Below the pieces are notes generated by a model. It saw only the letters and a list, made by a program, of their open reading frames with translations. It searched no databases and was not told where the DNA came from. This document shows, piece by piece, positions 21,032-32,805 of a stretch of DNA of 64,000 nt (positions are counted from its first letter, which is position 1; every line of letters begins with the position of its first letter). This DNA is from Rebecca billardiae RCC1528. Its lineage: Eukaryota; Protista; Haptophyta. Position numbers and translations under genes: made by a program. Location of the stretch: NCBI GenBank assembly GCA_965240325.2, contig OZ251247.1, forward strand, positions 558,001 through 622,000, written 5' to 3'.

Positions 21032-21404
21032 TGCGCAGCAGTATATAGGGTAGTGGCATCAGTATAGTGCTGCTCAGACGTAGTCCGGGCATCCGAGTCA
21101 TCATATAACGGTACTGCGCGCGAGTGAGTATATAGCAGCATCAGTGATATTCAGATATGACTCCGCCGATATCGTAGTGCGCCGGATGATGATCGACGAG
21201 CAGTAGCAGTGACTGCTACTACTGCTAGTGCCGGGTCATGCTGCCGGCCGCACGACGCCGGCGGGCGCTTAGCAGCTCTCCGCTGGATGCGGCGCCATGC
21301 AGCATGACCGCCGGACGCGAGTCGCCAGCCAGTCCGCGGGTGCCGACTGACGATCAAGTAGAGTGCGCTGGCCAAGAGGACTGTAAGTGTAAGCAGCGCA
21401 GCAG

Positions 21405-21995
<591 letters not shown>

Positions 21996-23115
21996 TCATA
22001 TATATATATATATATTATAAGCCGAGCACGTCAGACACTGGCGCGGCGGCGCGCTGGCCGCGTTATAGTGCTGACGCGCACGGTAGTCCTCGTTGCGTAG
22101 TAGTACGAATATAGTAGCAGCAGCTATAATCGCGTAGTATAGCCGTCCGCCTTAGACGAAGAATTACTGAGGCTGAGTTCGATGATTTGACTACGATGCT
22201 GGCTGATCAGACTGCCGCCGCCGCGCACTGACGCGACGCGGTGGTCAGATGCTGACAACGCAGTCGCCATCTGCAGACTGGCGCTGGCTGCGCACATGCT
22301 ACACAGCAGCGCAGTGGCCGACGAAGTACGATGCTGCTGCATCACTGCTCACTGCCGAGCGGCTGCCAGCCAACAGCCGAGTAGTGCCCTGTCCCCGGAT
22401 CGCCGCCCGCTCCGTCACACGCGCCTAATTACGGTGGCGTGCGCTGTCGCCCGAGCACAGAAGCAGTCGTGGCATGACTGCGCAGCAGTGCGCGCCATTG
22501 ATACTCTGATGCTGTACTGCACGCTACCGCGCAGCGCTGCCGAGATTCGAGCAGTGCGCCGCGCGAGGAAACGACGTTGGGTGACGACCGGCGACAGACC
22601 GGACACGCGACGACGTTTTTGCGCGCGCTCTCAGATGAGGGCTACGCCGACACGGAGCCGAAACTGTCCTGCCCAGCTCCCGCAGAGCGTCTTGCTTTAC
22701 GATGGTCTCACGGCACCGCGGCGCCAACAACGCATCAGCCAACATCACCTCCAACGAGGGCTGCGTGTCTACACGCACGCATCATCTGCGTCGCCACGTC
22801 CAATCGCCAGGCAGTGCCCTCGAGCACCAGCCGTATCGTGCACATGCCGTCTGTGCACGCTCGCCCAAGTCTGAGTCGGCTTCCTGCGCGTCGGGGCCTT
22901 TCTCCCGGTGGCGCGGCGCGGCGCGCGCAGGCACACCCGCTGCAGTCGAGGCAGCCATCGCGGTCAAGGCGATGGGCGGCGGGCCCCAGCAGGCGACCGT
23001 TGGCCGGGTTGCTCAATACAGCCAATACCCCCATACAGTACTGCTTTTACAAGTCGCGCACTGGTCAGTGCTTCCTTGGTGCTCCTCGATACTCGAACGC
23101 CCCTCGCTCAGGCGG

Positions 23116-24662
23116 ATGGCGCCAACGACACAGCGGTGCGCGGCGCAGCGCGCGACGGCGGCGCGGCTGGCCGACCTGCCGCCCGAGGTTATTGAGCGAA
23201 TCGTCGCGTGGCTACTCACGGCCCGAGACCTCGCCGCGGCCAACGCCACGGCACGCCTCTTCCGCGGCGACCCCGGCGGCCGCTCGCCGGTCGAGCACGC
23301 GCTGCGCGAGCGCGTGCGTGCGCGCGGGCACGCTCGCGCTCTTCCTGCCGCACTGCCGCCTGACGTGTGCAGCTGGACGGCAGAGCTGTTTGCGCGCGAG
23401 CGTGCGCTCGAGCTGGCGTGTGCGCACGCGCTCCAGGTGGCATGCAGCCAAGGCACCGGCAGTGGACGCTTCAGCGCGTTTGTGGGTGCGGAGGGCGGGC
23501 TGCACACGTGCGGCGAGGAGGAGGAGCCGGCGGATGCTGAGGAGGAGACCGAGGAGGAAGGTGCGGAGGAGGAGAATTTGCGCGAGTACCGCGGTACGCC
23601 TGCGATCAGCCATCCGGGCGGCGCGGCGGTGCTCGTGCCGACGCGCGTCGCCTCGCTCAGCGCAGTGCGCGTGGTCGCGGTGGCGGCTGGCGCGGCCCAC
23701 CTGCTCGCGCTGAGCGACGCCGGCGCCGTGTACGGCTGCGGTGACAACGTCTTCGGCCGGCGCATGCCGGGGGGCGTTGGGACCCGCCGCACTTTCTCCA
23801 AGATCCACCCGCTGGCGAGCGAGCTTGTCGTATGCATTATTGCTGCGGGCGGCGACCGCAGTGTTGCGCTCACCGCAGCGGGCGCCGCGTACAGCTGGGG
23901 CGACAACTTCAACGGCGAGCTGGGCCACGGCGACAGAAAGGAGCGGTGGGTGCCGAGGCGCATTGGGATGCCGGATGGCGTGCGCGTGTGTGGCGTGGCC
24001 GCGGGGATTTGGCACACGCTGCTCCTGACGACGCACAAGGCGCCGTCTACTCGTTTGGCGATGGCTACTACGGCCGGCTCGGCCACGGCGACGAGCAGCG
24101 TCACCGCACGCCGAGGCGCATCAAGGCGCTCGCTGGCGTGCGCGCCGTGCACGTGAGCGCTGGATGGGCGCACAGCCTGGTGGTGGGCGCAGCAGGCGGG
24201 GTGCACTCATTCGGGTATGGGCGCCATGGCCAGCTCGGGCACGGTGATTATGTCACCCAGCTGGTGCCCAAGCGCATTGCTGCCCTCGCAGGCGTGCGCG
24301 CAGTGCGCGCCAGCTGCGGCGGTTCGTGCAGCGCGGTGCTGGGCGCGGACGGCAGTGTGCGCACGTTTGGGCTCTCCACCGACCGCAATCTGCTTCTCTG
24401 TGCCGCCGGCCCGCGGATGCTGCCCACGCCCACGCTACTGACGGCGCTGGAGCCCTCCGCGCGTGTGGCAAGCTGCTCGCTTTCTTGGTACCACGCGCTG
24501 TACGTGACCGCTGACGGCGGCGTGCACACGTGCGGCATGCGCTCGGCTGCGCTCGGCCTCGGCGTGAGCGCTGCGGACGGGGCTAGGCGTTTCAACTCGC
24601 TCACGTGCATCGAGCAGCTGCCGCCTGTGTGCGCGGGGCGCTGGTATGACGGCGCGCGCTGA
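23116..24662 (+). pseudogene. F-box + RCC1-repeat unit 9, frameshifted near 24030-24040
   Basis: Homology runs in ORF 22702-24156 up to HTLLLTT, then continues in ORF 23832-24662 (QGAVYSFG…). A sequencing error cannot be excluded. Confidence 0.8.
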
Positions 24663-25535
24663 TCTCGTTGTTCGAGCTCGGCAGCTGCGCCTAGGTGCGG
24701 TCGGGAACACAGTTCATGACATGAGTGCTGGCATGCATTGACGATGCTGCTACTGTACTGTCGTAAATTCTTTGGGGCGATGGCCGACGCGACGGGAGTG
24801 GTGGGTTTGGCAGTCCGCGGCGGTTATCGCGTTATGACTGCCGCGTCGCTGCTCCGCCGCCGCCCGTGCCCCTCCCCGCTAGGTGGGCGTATACCTGGCC
24901 GGACGCGGGCTCGGCGCTCGCAGCGGCATCGCCGGAGTGACCGCACGGTGACGAGATGTGAGTCGGAAGCAGCTCGCCTTTGCGGCGCGGGTACCAAGCG
25001 GAAAGTGAGCGTACCTGCAGGCGGGCCGACCCTCGGCGTGACAGGCGCACCTTCGGGGCCGGTCAGGGCAGCCCACGTCGTGCAGCCGACCGCTTCCGCC
25101 GCGACTGCCCCCCGGCGCACCCTGCCCCGGCCGACGCCTGAGCACAGCGGCCCCGCCCGGGCCCGGGGCCCCCGGGCGGCAGGCCGCGGCGGCGCCGGCA
25201 CACTCACGGACAGCCAGCGGCGCTCCTCCGCCTCCTTCGCTCCCCGTTCCTCGTTGTCCCCCCCTGGCGTGGTGCGCGTGCATCACGCTCGAACTCTCAC
25301 GATGCTGCTTCGGCGTCCTTCTGCGGCGGCATCCGACGGTCGTGCGCACTGCGAGGCGGAGCGCGAGGTGCTGGGCACTGCCGTCCGTCGTGCTCCCTCC
25401 TCCCCATGGCCCACTGCTTTACTCGAGGGGAACGCTCAGCGCCTTCTGCTTCTCTCATCCGCTCGTGCGCGACCACGCTTGTGCTGGGTGTCCTTCTGAG
25501 GCGTCCGGTGGCCGGGCGCACATCGGGGGCGCACA

Positions 25536-26349
25536 TCGGGGTGGTAAGTGAGGTGCCGGTGCGCTGCCGTCCGTCGTGCGCGCTCCTCGCTCATCTCCAC
25601 CTGCTTCGCTCGAGCGTGGGCGCGCTCGGCGCTGTCTGCCTCGCTCGCGCGCGAGCGCATTTTGGCGCTGGACGAGACTCGTGCGCATCCATGCTGCTTC
25701 TGCGTCCATCGGCAGCGTCCGGCGGCTGGGCGCACGGCGGGGCGGCGCCAGCGGGCGTGTGTCGGGCACGCTCCACGCTCCTCACCAGCTGCTGCGCGCT
25801 CGCGGGGGCGCGCTCAACAACACGCTCCTCACCAGCTGCTGCGCGCTTGCGGGGGCGCGCTCAACAACACCTTCTGCCCTTCGTCCGAGCTGGAGCGCAT
25901 GTCGGCGGCGCGGGCAGTGAGCGCACACATGCTGCTTCGGAACGTCGGGGTGGTAAGCGAGGTGCCGGTGCGCTGCCGTCCGTCGGGCGCGCTCCTCGCT
26001 CATCTCCACCTGCTTCGCTCGAGCGTGGGCGCGCTCGGCGCTGTCTACCTCGCTCGCGCGCGAGCGCATTTTGGCGCTGGACGAGACTCGTGCGCATCCA
26101 TGCTGCTTCTGCGTCCATCGGCAGCGTCCGGCGGCTGGGCGCACGGCGGGGCGGCGCCAGCGGGCGTGTGTCGGGCACGCTCCACGCTCCTCACCAGCTG
26201 CTGCGCGCTCGAGGGGGTGCGCTCAACAACACGCTCCTCACCAGCTGCTGCGCGCTCGCGGGGGCGCGCTCAACAACACCTTCTGCCCTTCGTCCGAGCT
26301 GGAGCGCATGTCGGCGGCGCGGGCAGTGAGCGCACACATGCTACTTCGG
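25536..26349 (+). repeat. Internal tandem duplication (period 409 bp) in element 1
   Basis: 25536-25940 is repeated at 25945-26349. Single copy in element 3. Confidence 0.9.
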
Positions 26350-26670
26350 CGTCCCGTTCTCGGCCATCTGTTGGGCGGCCGGCGGGGCGGCGCGTGAGGT
26401 GTCGTTGCGCTGTCGTCCGTCGGGCACACTCGTCGCTCATCACCTTCTACTTCGCTTGAGCGGAACCGCGCGCTTCATCACCTTCGATCTGCCCCCCGCT
26501 CGAGCGAGCGCGCTTCTTCGGCGCGGGCCCCTCGGGGCGCAACAGCGGAGCCGCGCGCGCTCCGCGTGTTCGCGCTCGCCGCACGCCGCTGCCGCGCTGC
26601 AAGCACGCCGCCGCCACTCGCCGCCGCACGACTCACCCTTCTCTACAGCTCGCCGTCGCTCACTCGCGCG

Positions 26671-27310
26671 TCTATCTGTCTATCTATCTGTCTATCTATC
26701 TGTCTATCTGTCTATCTGTCTATCTGTCTATCTGTCTATCTGTCTATCTGTCTATCTGTCTATCCCTCGCGCGCGCGCCGATCATCATGCGCCGATCATC
26801 GTGTGCGCACCCTATCTTCTCCGCGCGTCACTTGCGCCTATCTCATCTCCGCGCGTTACGTGCGCCTACTATCTACTTCTCCGCGCGTTACTTGCGCCTG
26901 TCTCCGCGCGTCACTTGCGCCTATCTACTTCTCCGCGCGTTACTTGCGCCTACTATATCTACTTCCCCACGCGTTTCTTGCGCCTGTCTCCGCGCGTCAC
27001 TTGTGCCTATACCTCCTCCGCGCGTTACTTGCGCCTATACTATCTACTTCTCCGCGCGTTACTTGCGCCTGTCTCCGCGCGTTACTTGCGCCTACTATAT
27101 CTTCTCCGCGCGTTTACTTGCGCCTATCTTCTCCGCGCGTTACTTGCGCCTGCTATGTCTCCGCGCGTTACTTGCGCCTACTATATCTTCTCCGCGCGTT
27201 ACTTGCGCCTATCTTCTCCGCGCGTTACTTGCGCCTATCTCCTCCGCGCGTTACTTGCGCCTATGTCCTCCGCGCCTATCGTCTCCGCGCGCATCTTCTC
27301 CGCGCGTCAC
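26671..27310 (+). repeat. (TCTA/TCTG)n microsatellite followed by a ~20-30 bp minisatellite (CTTCTCCGCGCGTTACTTGCGCCTA variants)
   Basis: Directly visible. Mirrored at ~41220-42003 in element 3, with a related array at ~34125-34590 in element 2. Confidence 0.92.
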
Positions 27311-29599
27311 TCGCACCTGTCTTCTCATGCGCGCGCGCCGATCATCATCATGTGCGCGCGCCGATCATCACTTCGTGCTCAGCGTAACCATCGCATCATC
27401 ATCCGGGTGCCGAGCGTGCCATCATCGCACACACCTTTCGGCGCGCTTACATGGGCGTACGTGGTGTCTGTGGCCGGGGCGTGGGGGACGACGTCGTCGG
27501 CGGGCTGGCGTTGATACCCGCGCGCGCCGATCATCATTCGTGCTCCGCGCAACCATCATCATCATTCGGGTGCCGAGTGCGCCATCCTCGCGCGCACCTT
27601 TCGGCGCGCTTACATGGGTGTACGTGGTGTCTGTGGCCGGGGTGTCGGGGACGACGTTGTCGGCGGGCCGGCGTTGATACCTGCGCCGCGTGGCGGCTCT
27701 GGCGGATGCAGCTCTCGCCGGTCGGCTGCCACTGCAGCGGGGCGCGCGCGCTGCTGGGCGTTTTCGGGCGCGAAAAGCGACGTGGCCCGCTGGCCACCTG
27801 CGGCGCTTTCACCTGGCCTTGGTCTTCCTCGCTCGTCACCTTCTGCGTCGCTCGAGCGCGGACGCGCTCATCATCGTCAATCACCTCCTGTCTATCGCTC
27901 GAACCGCTGCTTTCCGTTCCGTTCCGTTTCTACGCGCGTTCCTTTCCTCACGCCGAGCGTGCCTGGCCCTTCCCGCCACGCGCCACGCGTTCCTCTCCCA
28001 TTCCTGTGCCATCTTCCTCACTCATCACCTCCTGCTTCGCTCGAGCGCTCGAACGTGGTCGCGTTCATCGTCAATCGCCTTGTGCCTCTCGCGCGAGCCG
28101 TTGCGGCGAATTCGTCACGCGCGCGCATGGTCATGCGCGCGCGCCGATCATCGCGTGACGATCATCATGCGCGCGCACCGACCAGCGCCGATCATCATGC
28201 GCGCGCGCCGTCATGCGCGCGCGCCGAGTATCATGCGCCGTTTATCATGCGCGCGCTCCGATCCGCCCGCGCGTGCACCGCTCATCGCGCGTGGTTGACG
28301 ACGTTGTCGGCAAGCCGACGTCGATACCTGCGCCTCATGTCGGCTCGGGTGTGTTCCGCGACGGCTCGGGCGCATGCGCTCTCGCCGGCCGGCGGCGGCG
28401 GCGGCAGTGCGCGCGTGCTGCTGGGCGGTTTCGTCGGGCAAGTGGACGGCGTGGCCTGCGGGTCACCTGCAGCGCTTCGCCTGGCCTGTGCCGGCGCGCG
28501 ACGACGGGCGGGTTACGCCAGTGGTCCTGTGGTCCGCCGGTCGCTGCGGGCTCTCGGCGACCTCTGGCAGGGGCTGAGCGCAGTGAGCGCTGGGGGGGAG
28601 GGGGGGGGCACCCAGTCCGCCGCTCCGCGGCCTCACACCGGCGGCGTGCGGCGTGGTGGTGGGCAGGGCGCTGCGCCTCTGGGGGTCGGGGCCGGGCCTG
28701 GCCTCGGCCGCGCCGGCCGACGCCGGCCACGCCGGCGTGGCGCCTGGCGCTGCGCCTCTTTGGGCGGGCGCTGCCTCGCCGCCCTGCCCCCCCCCGTGGC
28801 GACTGGCGGCCCCAGGCAACCCCTGCATCCGCCTATCGTAAACACCGGATCGCCAGAAGGAGCGCGACGCGCGCGCGGTTATGGGGCGATGGCCGACGCG
28901 ACGGGAGTGGTGGGTTTGGCAGTCCGCGGCGGTTATCGCGTTATGACTGCCGCGTCGCTGCTCCGCCGCCGCCCGTGCCCCTCCCCGCTAGGTGGGCGTA
29001 TACCTGGCCGGACGCGGGCTCGGCGCTCGCAGCGGCATCGCCGGAGTGACCGCACGGTGACGAGATGTGAGTCGGAAGCAGCTCGCCTTTGCGGCGCGGG
29101 TACCAAGCGGAAAGTGAGCGTACCTGCAGGCGGGCCGACCCTCGGCGTGACAGGCGCACCTTCGGGGCCGGTCAGGGCAGCCCACGTCGTGCAGCCGACC
29201 GCTTCCGCCGCGACTGCCCCCCGGCGCACCCTGCCCCGGCCGACGCCTGAGCACAGCGGCCCCGCCCGGGCCCGGGGCCCCCGGGCGGCAGGCCGCGGCG
29301 GCGCCGGCACACTCACGGACAGCCAGCGGCGCTCCTCCGCCTCCCGCCCGCCCTCCCTGGCGTGGGATCGCCGCGCTGGGGTGGGTGCGGCTTGAGTCAG
29401 CGTCCACGGGGGGGGCGATGTGCTGCCGGGCGGGCGCTGCCTCGCCGCCCTGCCCCCCCCCGTGGCGACTGGCGGCCCCAGGCAACCCCTGCATCCGCCT
29501 ATCGTAAACACCGGATCGCCAGAAGGAGCGCGACGCGCGCGCGGTTCCGCAGTCTGAAGCGAAGCAGCGGTGTCTCCGGGGCGGTCGATCGCTCTGGGG

Positions 29600-32500
29600 A
29601 TGGCTGCCGACGGCACTGACGCCACCGAGCCGAGGCTCGCAGCGACCGTGGACGACGAGCCGACTGCGGCAAATGCGTCGGCGCCGGCCGAGCGACTGCT
29701 TTCCGACTTGCCGGTCGAGGTGATCGAGCGCATCGCCGCGTCGCTGCCCACGCCGCGCGATCTCGCCGCCGCCAACGCCACCTCGCGCCTCTTCCGTGGC
29801 GCGCCCGGCGAGCGCTCGCCGGTCGAGCACGCGCTGCGCGAGCGCGCGCACGCGCGCGGGCACTGGAGTGCCCTGCCGGACACGCTCCCCGAATGCGCAT
29901 GCAACTGGACCGCCGAGCTGCTTGCTCGCGAAGCTGTATTCGAGCTCGCGCGCTCGCACGCGCACGCCGCTGCCGCGAGAATGCAAGCAAGGTTCAGCGC
30001 GTTTGTGGACGCGGACGGCGGGGTGCACACGTGCGGCGAGGAGGCGGCGCTTGCGGGCGTGAGTGGCACGCGCTCGCCCTTGGCGTTGGGCCTTCCGGGC
30101 ATGCGCGCGGTGCTCGTGCCGACGCGCGTGCCCTCGCTCTCGGCGGCGCGCGTGGTCGCGGTAGCTGCAGGCCGTGACTACATGCTGGCGCTGAGCGACG
30201 TCGGTGCCGTGTACGGCTGCGGCCGCAACGACGCCGGCCAGCTTGGGACGGGTGACGACGATGAGAGGCATGCATTCGTGCGCGTGCAGGCGCTCGCTGG
30301 CGAGGCCATTGTCTGCATCGCCGCGGGCGTAGGGCACAGCCTCGCGCTCACCCTTGCAGGAAGTGCGTTCAGCTGGGGAAACAACGGCTGGGGCCAGCTC
30401 GGCCACGGCGACACGGAGGACCGGTGGGAGCCGACGCGCATCGAGGCGCTGGACGGCGTGCGCGTTGGAGGTCTGGGCGCGGGGCAGGTGCACACGCTGC
30501 TGCTCTCGACCAGTGGGGCCGCCTACTCGTGCGGCAGTGGCTCTTCTGGCCGTCTCGGCCACGGCGACCAGCTGGTCCAGCACACGCCGACGCGCATTGA
30601 GGCGCTCGCTGGCGTGCGCGCCGTGCACGTGAGCGCGGGCGGTGCGCACAGCCTGGTGGTGGACGCGACGGGTGGGGTGCACTCATTCGGGCGTGGGCGC
30701 TCTGGGCAGCTCGGGCACGGCGACGATATCACCCAGCCGGTGCCCACGCCTATTGCTGCCCTTGCGGGTGTGCGCGCAGTGCGTGCGTACGCGGGCAACG
30801 ACAGCAGCGCGGTGCTGGGCGCGGACGGCAGCGTACACGCGTTCGGGGCCAACCGGTATCACCAGCTGGGGCTCGATGGCCAGCTGGGCCCCGGGGCAGC
30901 TTCGGTGACTGAGCCGGCCCTGGCACTGCTGCCAGGGCGGGGCGCAAGCTGCTCCTTCGGCCCCGGCCATGCGCTGTACGTCACAGCCGATGGCGCAGCG
31001 TACTCGTGCGGCAAGCAGTCGGCTGCGCTCGGCCTCGGCGTGAGCGCTGCGGACGGGGCTGGGCGCGTCCACTCGCTCACGCGCATCGAGCAGCTGCCGC
31101 CCGTGTATACACGGGACGTGGACGGGGATGACGCGTGCTCGGCGTTGGTGGCAGGGATGGCTGCCGACAGCACTGACGCCACCGAGCCGAGGCTCGCAGC
31201 GACCGTGGACGACGAGCAGACGGCGGCAAATGCGTCGGCGCCGGCCTTGCGACTGCTCTCCGACTTGCCGGCCGAGGTGATTGAGCGCATCGCCGCGTCG
31301 CTGCCCACGCGGCGCGATCTCGCCGCCGCCAACGCCACGGCGCGCCTCTTCCGCGGCGCGCCCGGCGAGCGCTCGCCGGTCGAGCACGCGCTGCGCGAGC
31401 GCGCGCGTGCTCGCGAGCACGGGCGTTCCCAGCCGGACACGCTCCCTGCAGGCGCCCTCAACTGGACCGCCGAGCTGCTTGCTGGCGAAGCTCTCATCGA
31501 GCTCGCGCGCTCGCACACGCACGCCGCTGCTACGAGCATGCTGCTGTGCTTCAGCGCGTTTGTGGGCGCGGACGGCGGGCTGCACACGTGCGGCGAGGAT
31601 GCAGACGCGGACGTGGGCGGGGTCGCTCCTCCGCCGGTGGTGGGCCACTTGGACGCACCGGCCGTCGTGGTGCCGACGCGTGTGCCCTCGCTTTCCGCGG
31701 TGCGCGTGGTTGCTGTGGCCGCTGGCTTTGCCCACCTGCTCGCACTGAGCGAGGCCGGCGCCATGTACGGCTGCGGCGAGAACGGCAGCGGCCAGCTCGG
31801 GCTGGGGGACACTGTCACTCGGTCGGGTTTCGAACAAGTCCGGGGGGTCGAGACGCAGCTCGTCGTATGCATTGCTGCTGGCAACTACCACAGCCTCGCC
31901 CTCACAGCAGACGGCTGCGCGTACAGCTGGGGCGGCAACAGCTGGGGCCAGCTCGGCCACGGTGACACTGAGGACAGGCTGGAGTCGACGCGCATCGAGG
32001 CGCTGGACGGCGTGCGAGTGGGCGGGGTGGCCGCGGGTGGTCGCCACACGCTTCTGCTCTCTGCGCATGGCGTCGTCTACTCGTGCGGCTGGGGCTCTTC
32101 GGGCCGTCTCGGCCACAGCGACCAGGAGGTTCAGCTCACGCCAAGGAGCATCGAGGCGCTCGCTGGCGTGCGCGCCGTGCACGTGAGCGCGGGCGGTGCG
32201 CACAGCCTGGTGGTGGACGCGGCTGGCGGGGTGCACTCGTTCGGGTATGGGTGCTCTGGGCAGCTCGGGCACGGCGACGGTATCACCCAGCGGGTGCCCA
32301 CGCCCATTGCTGCCCTTGCGGGCGTGCGCGCCGTGCGCGCGTACGCGGGCAACAACAGCAGCGCGGTGCTGGGCGCGGACGGCAGCGTGCACGCGTTCGG
32401 GGAGAACCGGTGTCACCAGCTGGGGCTCGATGGCCAGCTGGGCCCCGGGGCACCTTCTGTGGTTGAGCCGGCCCTGGTGCGGCTGCCAGGGCGGGGCTCA

Positions 32501-32695
32501 AGCTGCTCCTTCGGCCCCCGTCACGCGCTGTACGTCACATCCGATGGCGCAGCGCACGCATGCGGCGCGCGCTCGGCTGCGCTCGGCATCGGCGTGAGCG
32601 CTGTGGACAGGGTTTGGCGCCTCCACTTGCTAACGCGCATCGAGCAGCTGCCGCCCGTACATACACGGGTCGTGGACGGGGATGCCGCGTGCTGA
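29600..32695 (+). CDS. Tandem in-frame fusion of two F-box + RCC1 units (10a from 29600, 10b from 31157)
   Basis: One ORF contains two complete MAAD…LSDLPxEVIERI…RCC1 units. The stop of the first unit is absent. Confidence 0.85.
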   Translation: MAADGTDATEPRLAATVDDEPTAANASAPAERLLSDLPVEVIERIAASLPTPRDLAAANATSRLFRGAPGERSPVEHALRERAHARGHWSALPDTLPECACNWTAELLAREAVFELARSHAHAAAARMQARFSAFVDADGGVHTCGEEAALAGVSGTRSPLALGLPGMRAVLVPTRVPSLSAARVVAVAAGRDYMLALSDVGAVYGCGRNDAGQLGTGDDDERHAFVRVQALAGEAIVCIAAGVGHSLALTLAGSAFSWGNNGWGQLGHGDTEDRWEPTRIEALDGVRVGGLGAGQVHTLLLSTSGAAYSCGSGSSGRLGHGDQLVQHTPTRIEALAGVRAVHVSAGGAHSLVVDATGGVHSFGRGRSGQLGHGDDITQPVPTPIAALAGVRAVRAYAGNDSSAVLGADGSVHAFGANRYHQLGLDGQLGPGAASVTEPALALLPGRGASCSFGPGHALYVTADGAAYSCGKQSAALGLGVSAADGAGRVHSLTRIEQLPPVYTRDVDGDDACSALVAGMAADSTDATEPRLAATVDDEQTAANASAPALRLLSDLPAEVIERIAASLPTRRDLAAANATARLFRGAPGERSPVEHALRERARAREHGRSQPDTLPAGALNWTAELLAGEALIELARSHTHAAATSMLLCFSAFVGADGGLHTCGEDADADVGGVAPPPVVGHLDAPAVVVPTRVPSLSAVRVVAVAAGFAHLLALSEAGAMYGCGENGSGQLGLGDTVTRSGFEQVRGVETQLVVCIAAGNYHSLALTADGCAYSWGGNSWGQLGHGDTEDRLESTRIEALDGVRVGGVAAGGRHTLLLSAHGVVYSCGWGSSGRLGHSDQEVQLTPRSIEALAGVRAVHVSAGGAHSLVVDAAGGVHSFGYGCSGQLGHGDGITQRVPTPIAALAGVRAVRAYAGNNSSAVLGADGSVHAFGENRCHQLGLDGQLGPGAPSVVEPALVRLPGRGSSCSFGPRHALYVTSDGAAHACGARSAALGIGVSAVDRVWRLHLLTRIEQLPPVHTRVVDGDAAC

Positions 32696-32805
32696 TCCCT
32701 GCTGCTGCCCAGCAGCCGCAGTGTGACTCGTCCACTGGGCATCGCGCCTCGAGCAGACGACCGCAATCAGTTGTTCGGTCGTCGGGAACACATGCAATTC
32801 ATTTT

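Larger units (their letters stand above)
24774..29546 (+). mobile_element. Non-autonomous split-direct-repeat element 1 (TOC1/PAT/Ngaro-like, tyrosine-recombinase retrotransposon class)
   Basis: A1 24774-25235; B1 28762-28880; A2 28883-29344; unique spacer C 29345-29427; B2 29428-29546. No TSD. No RT or YR ORF. Confidence 0.85.

Noticed and set aside
26810-27310. CRISPR-like array
   Set aside because: Units are contiguous degenerate repeats without unique spacers, there are no cas genes, and the context is eukaryotic.
24774-29344. Ordinary LTR retrotransposon or LARD with A as the LTR
   Set aside because: No TG..CA ends, PBS, PPT or TSD, and the extra C-B segment after A2 is present in all three copies.
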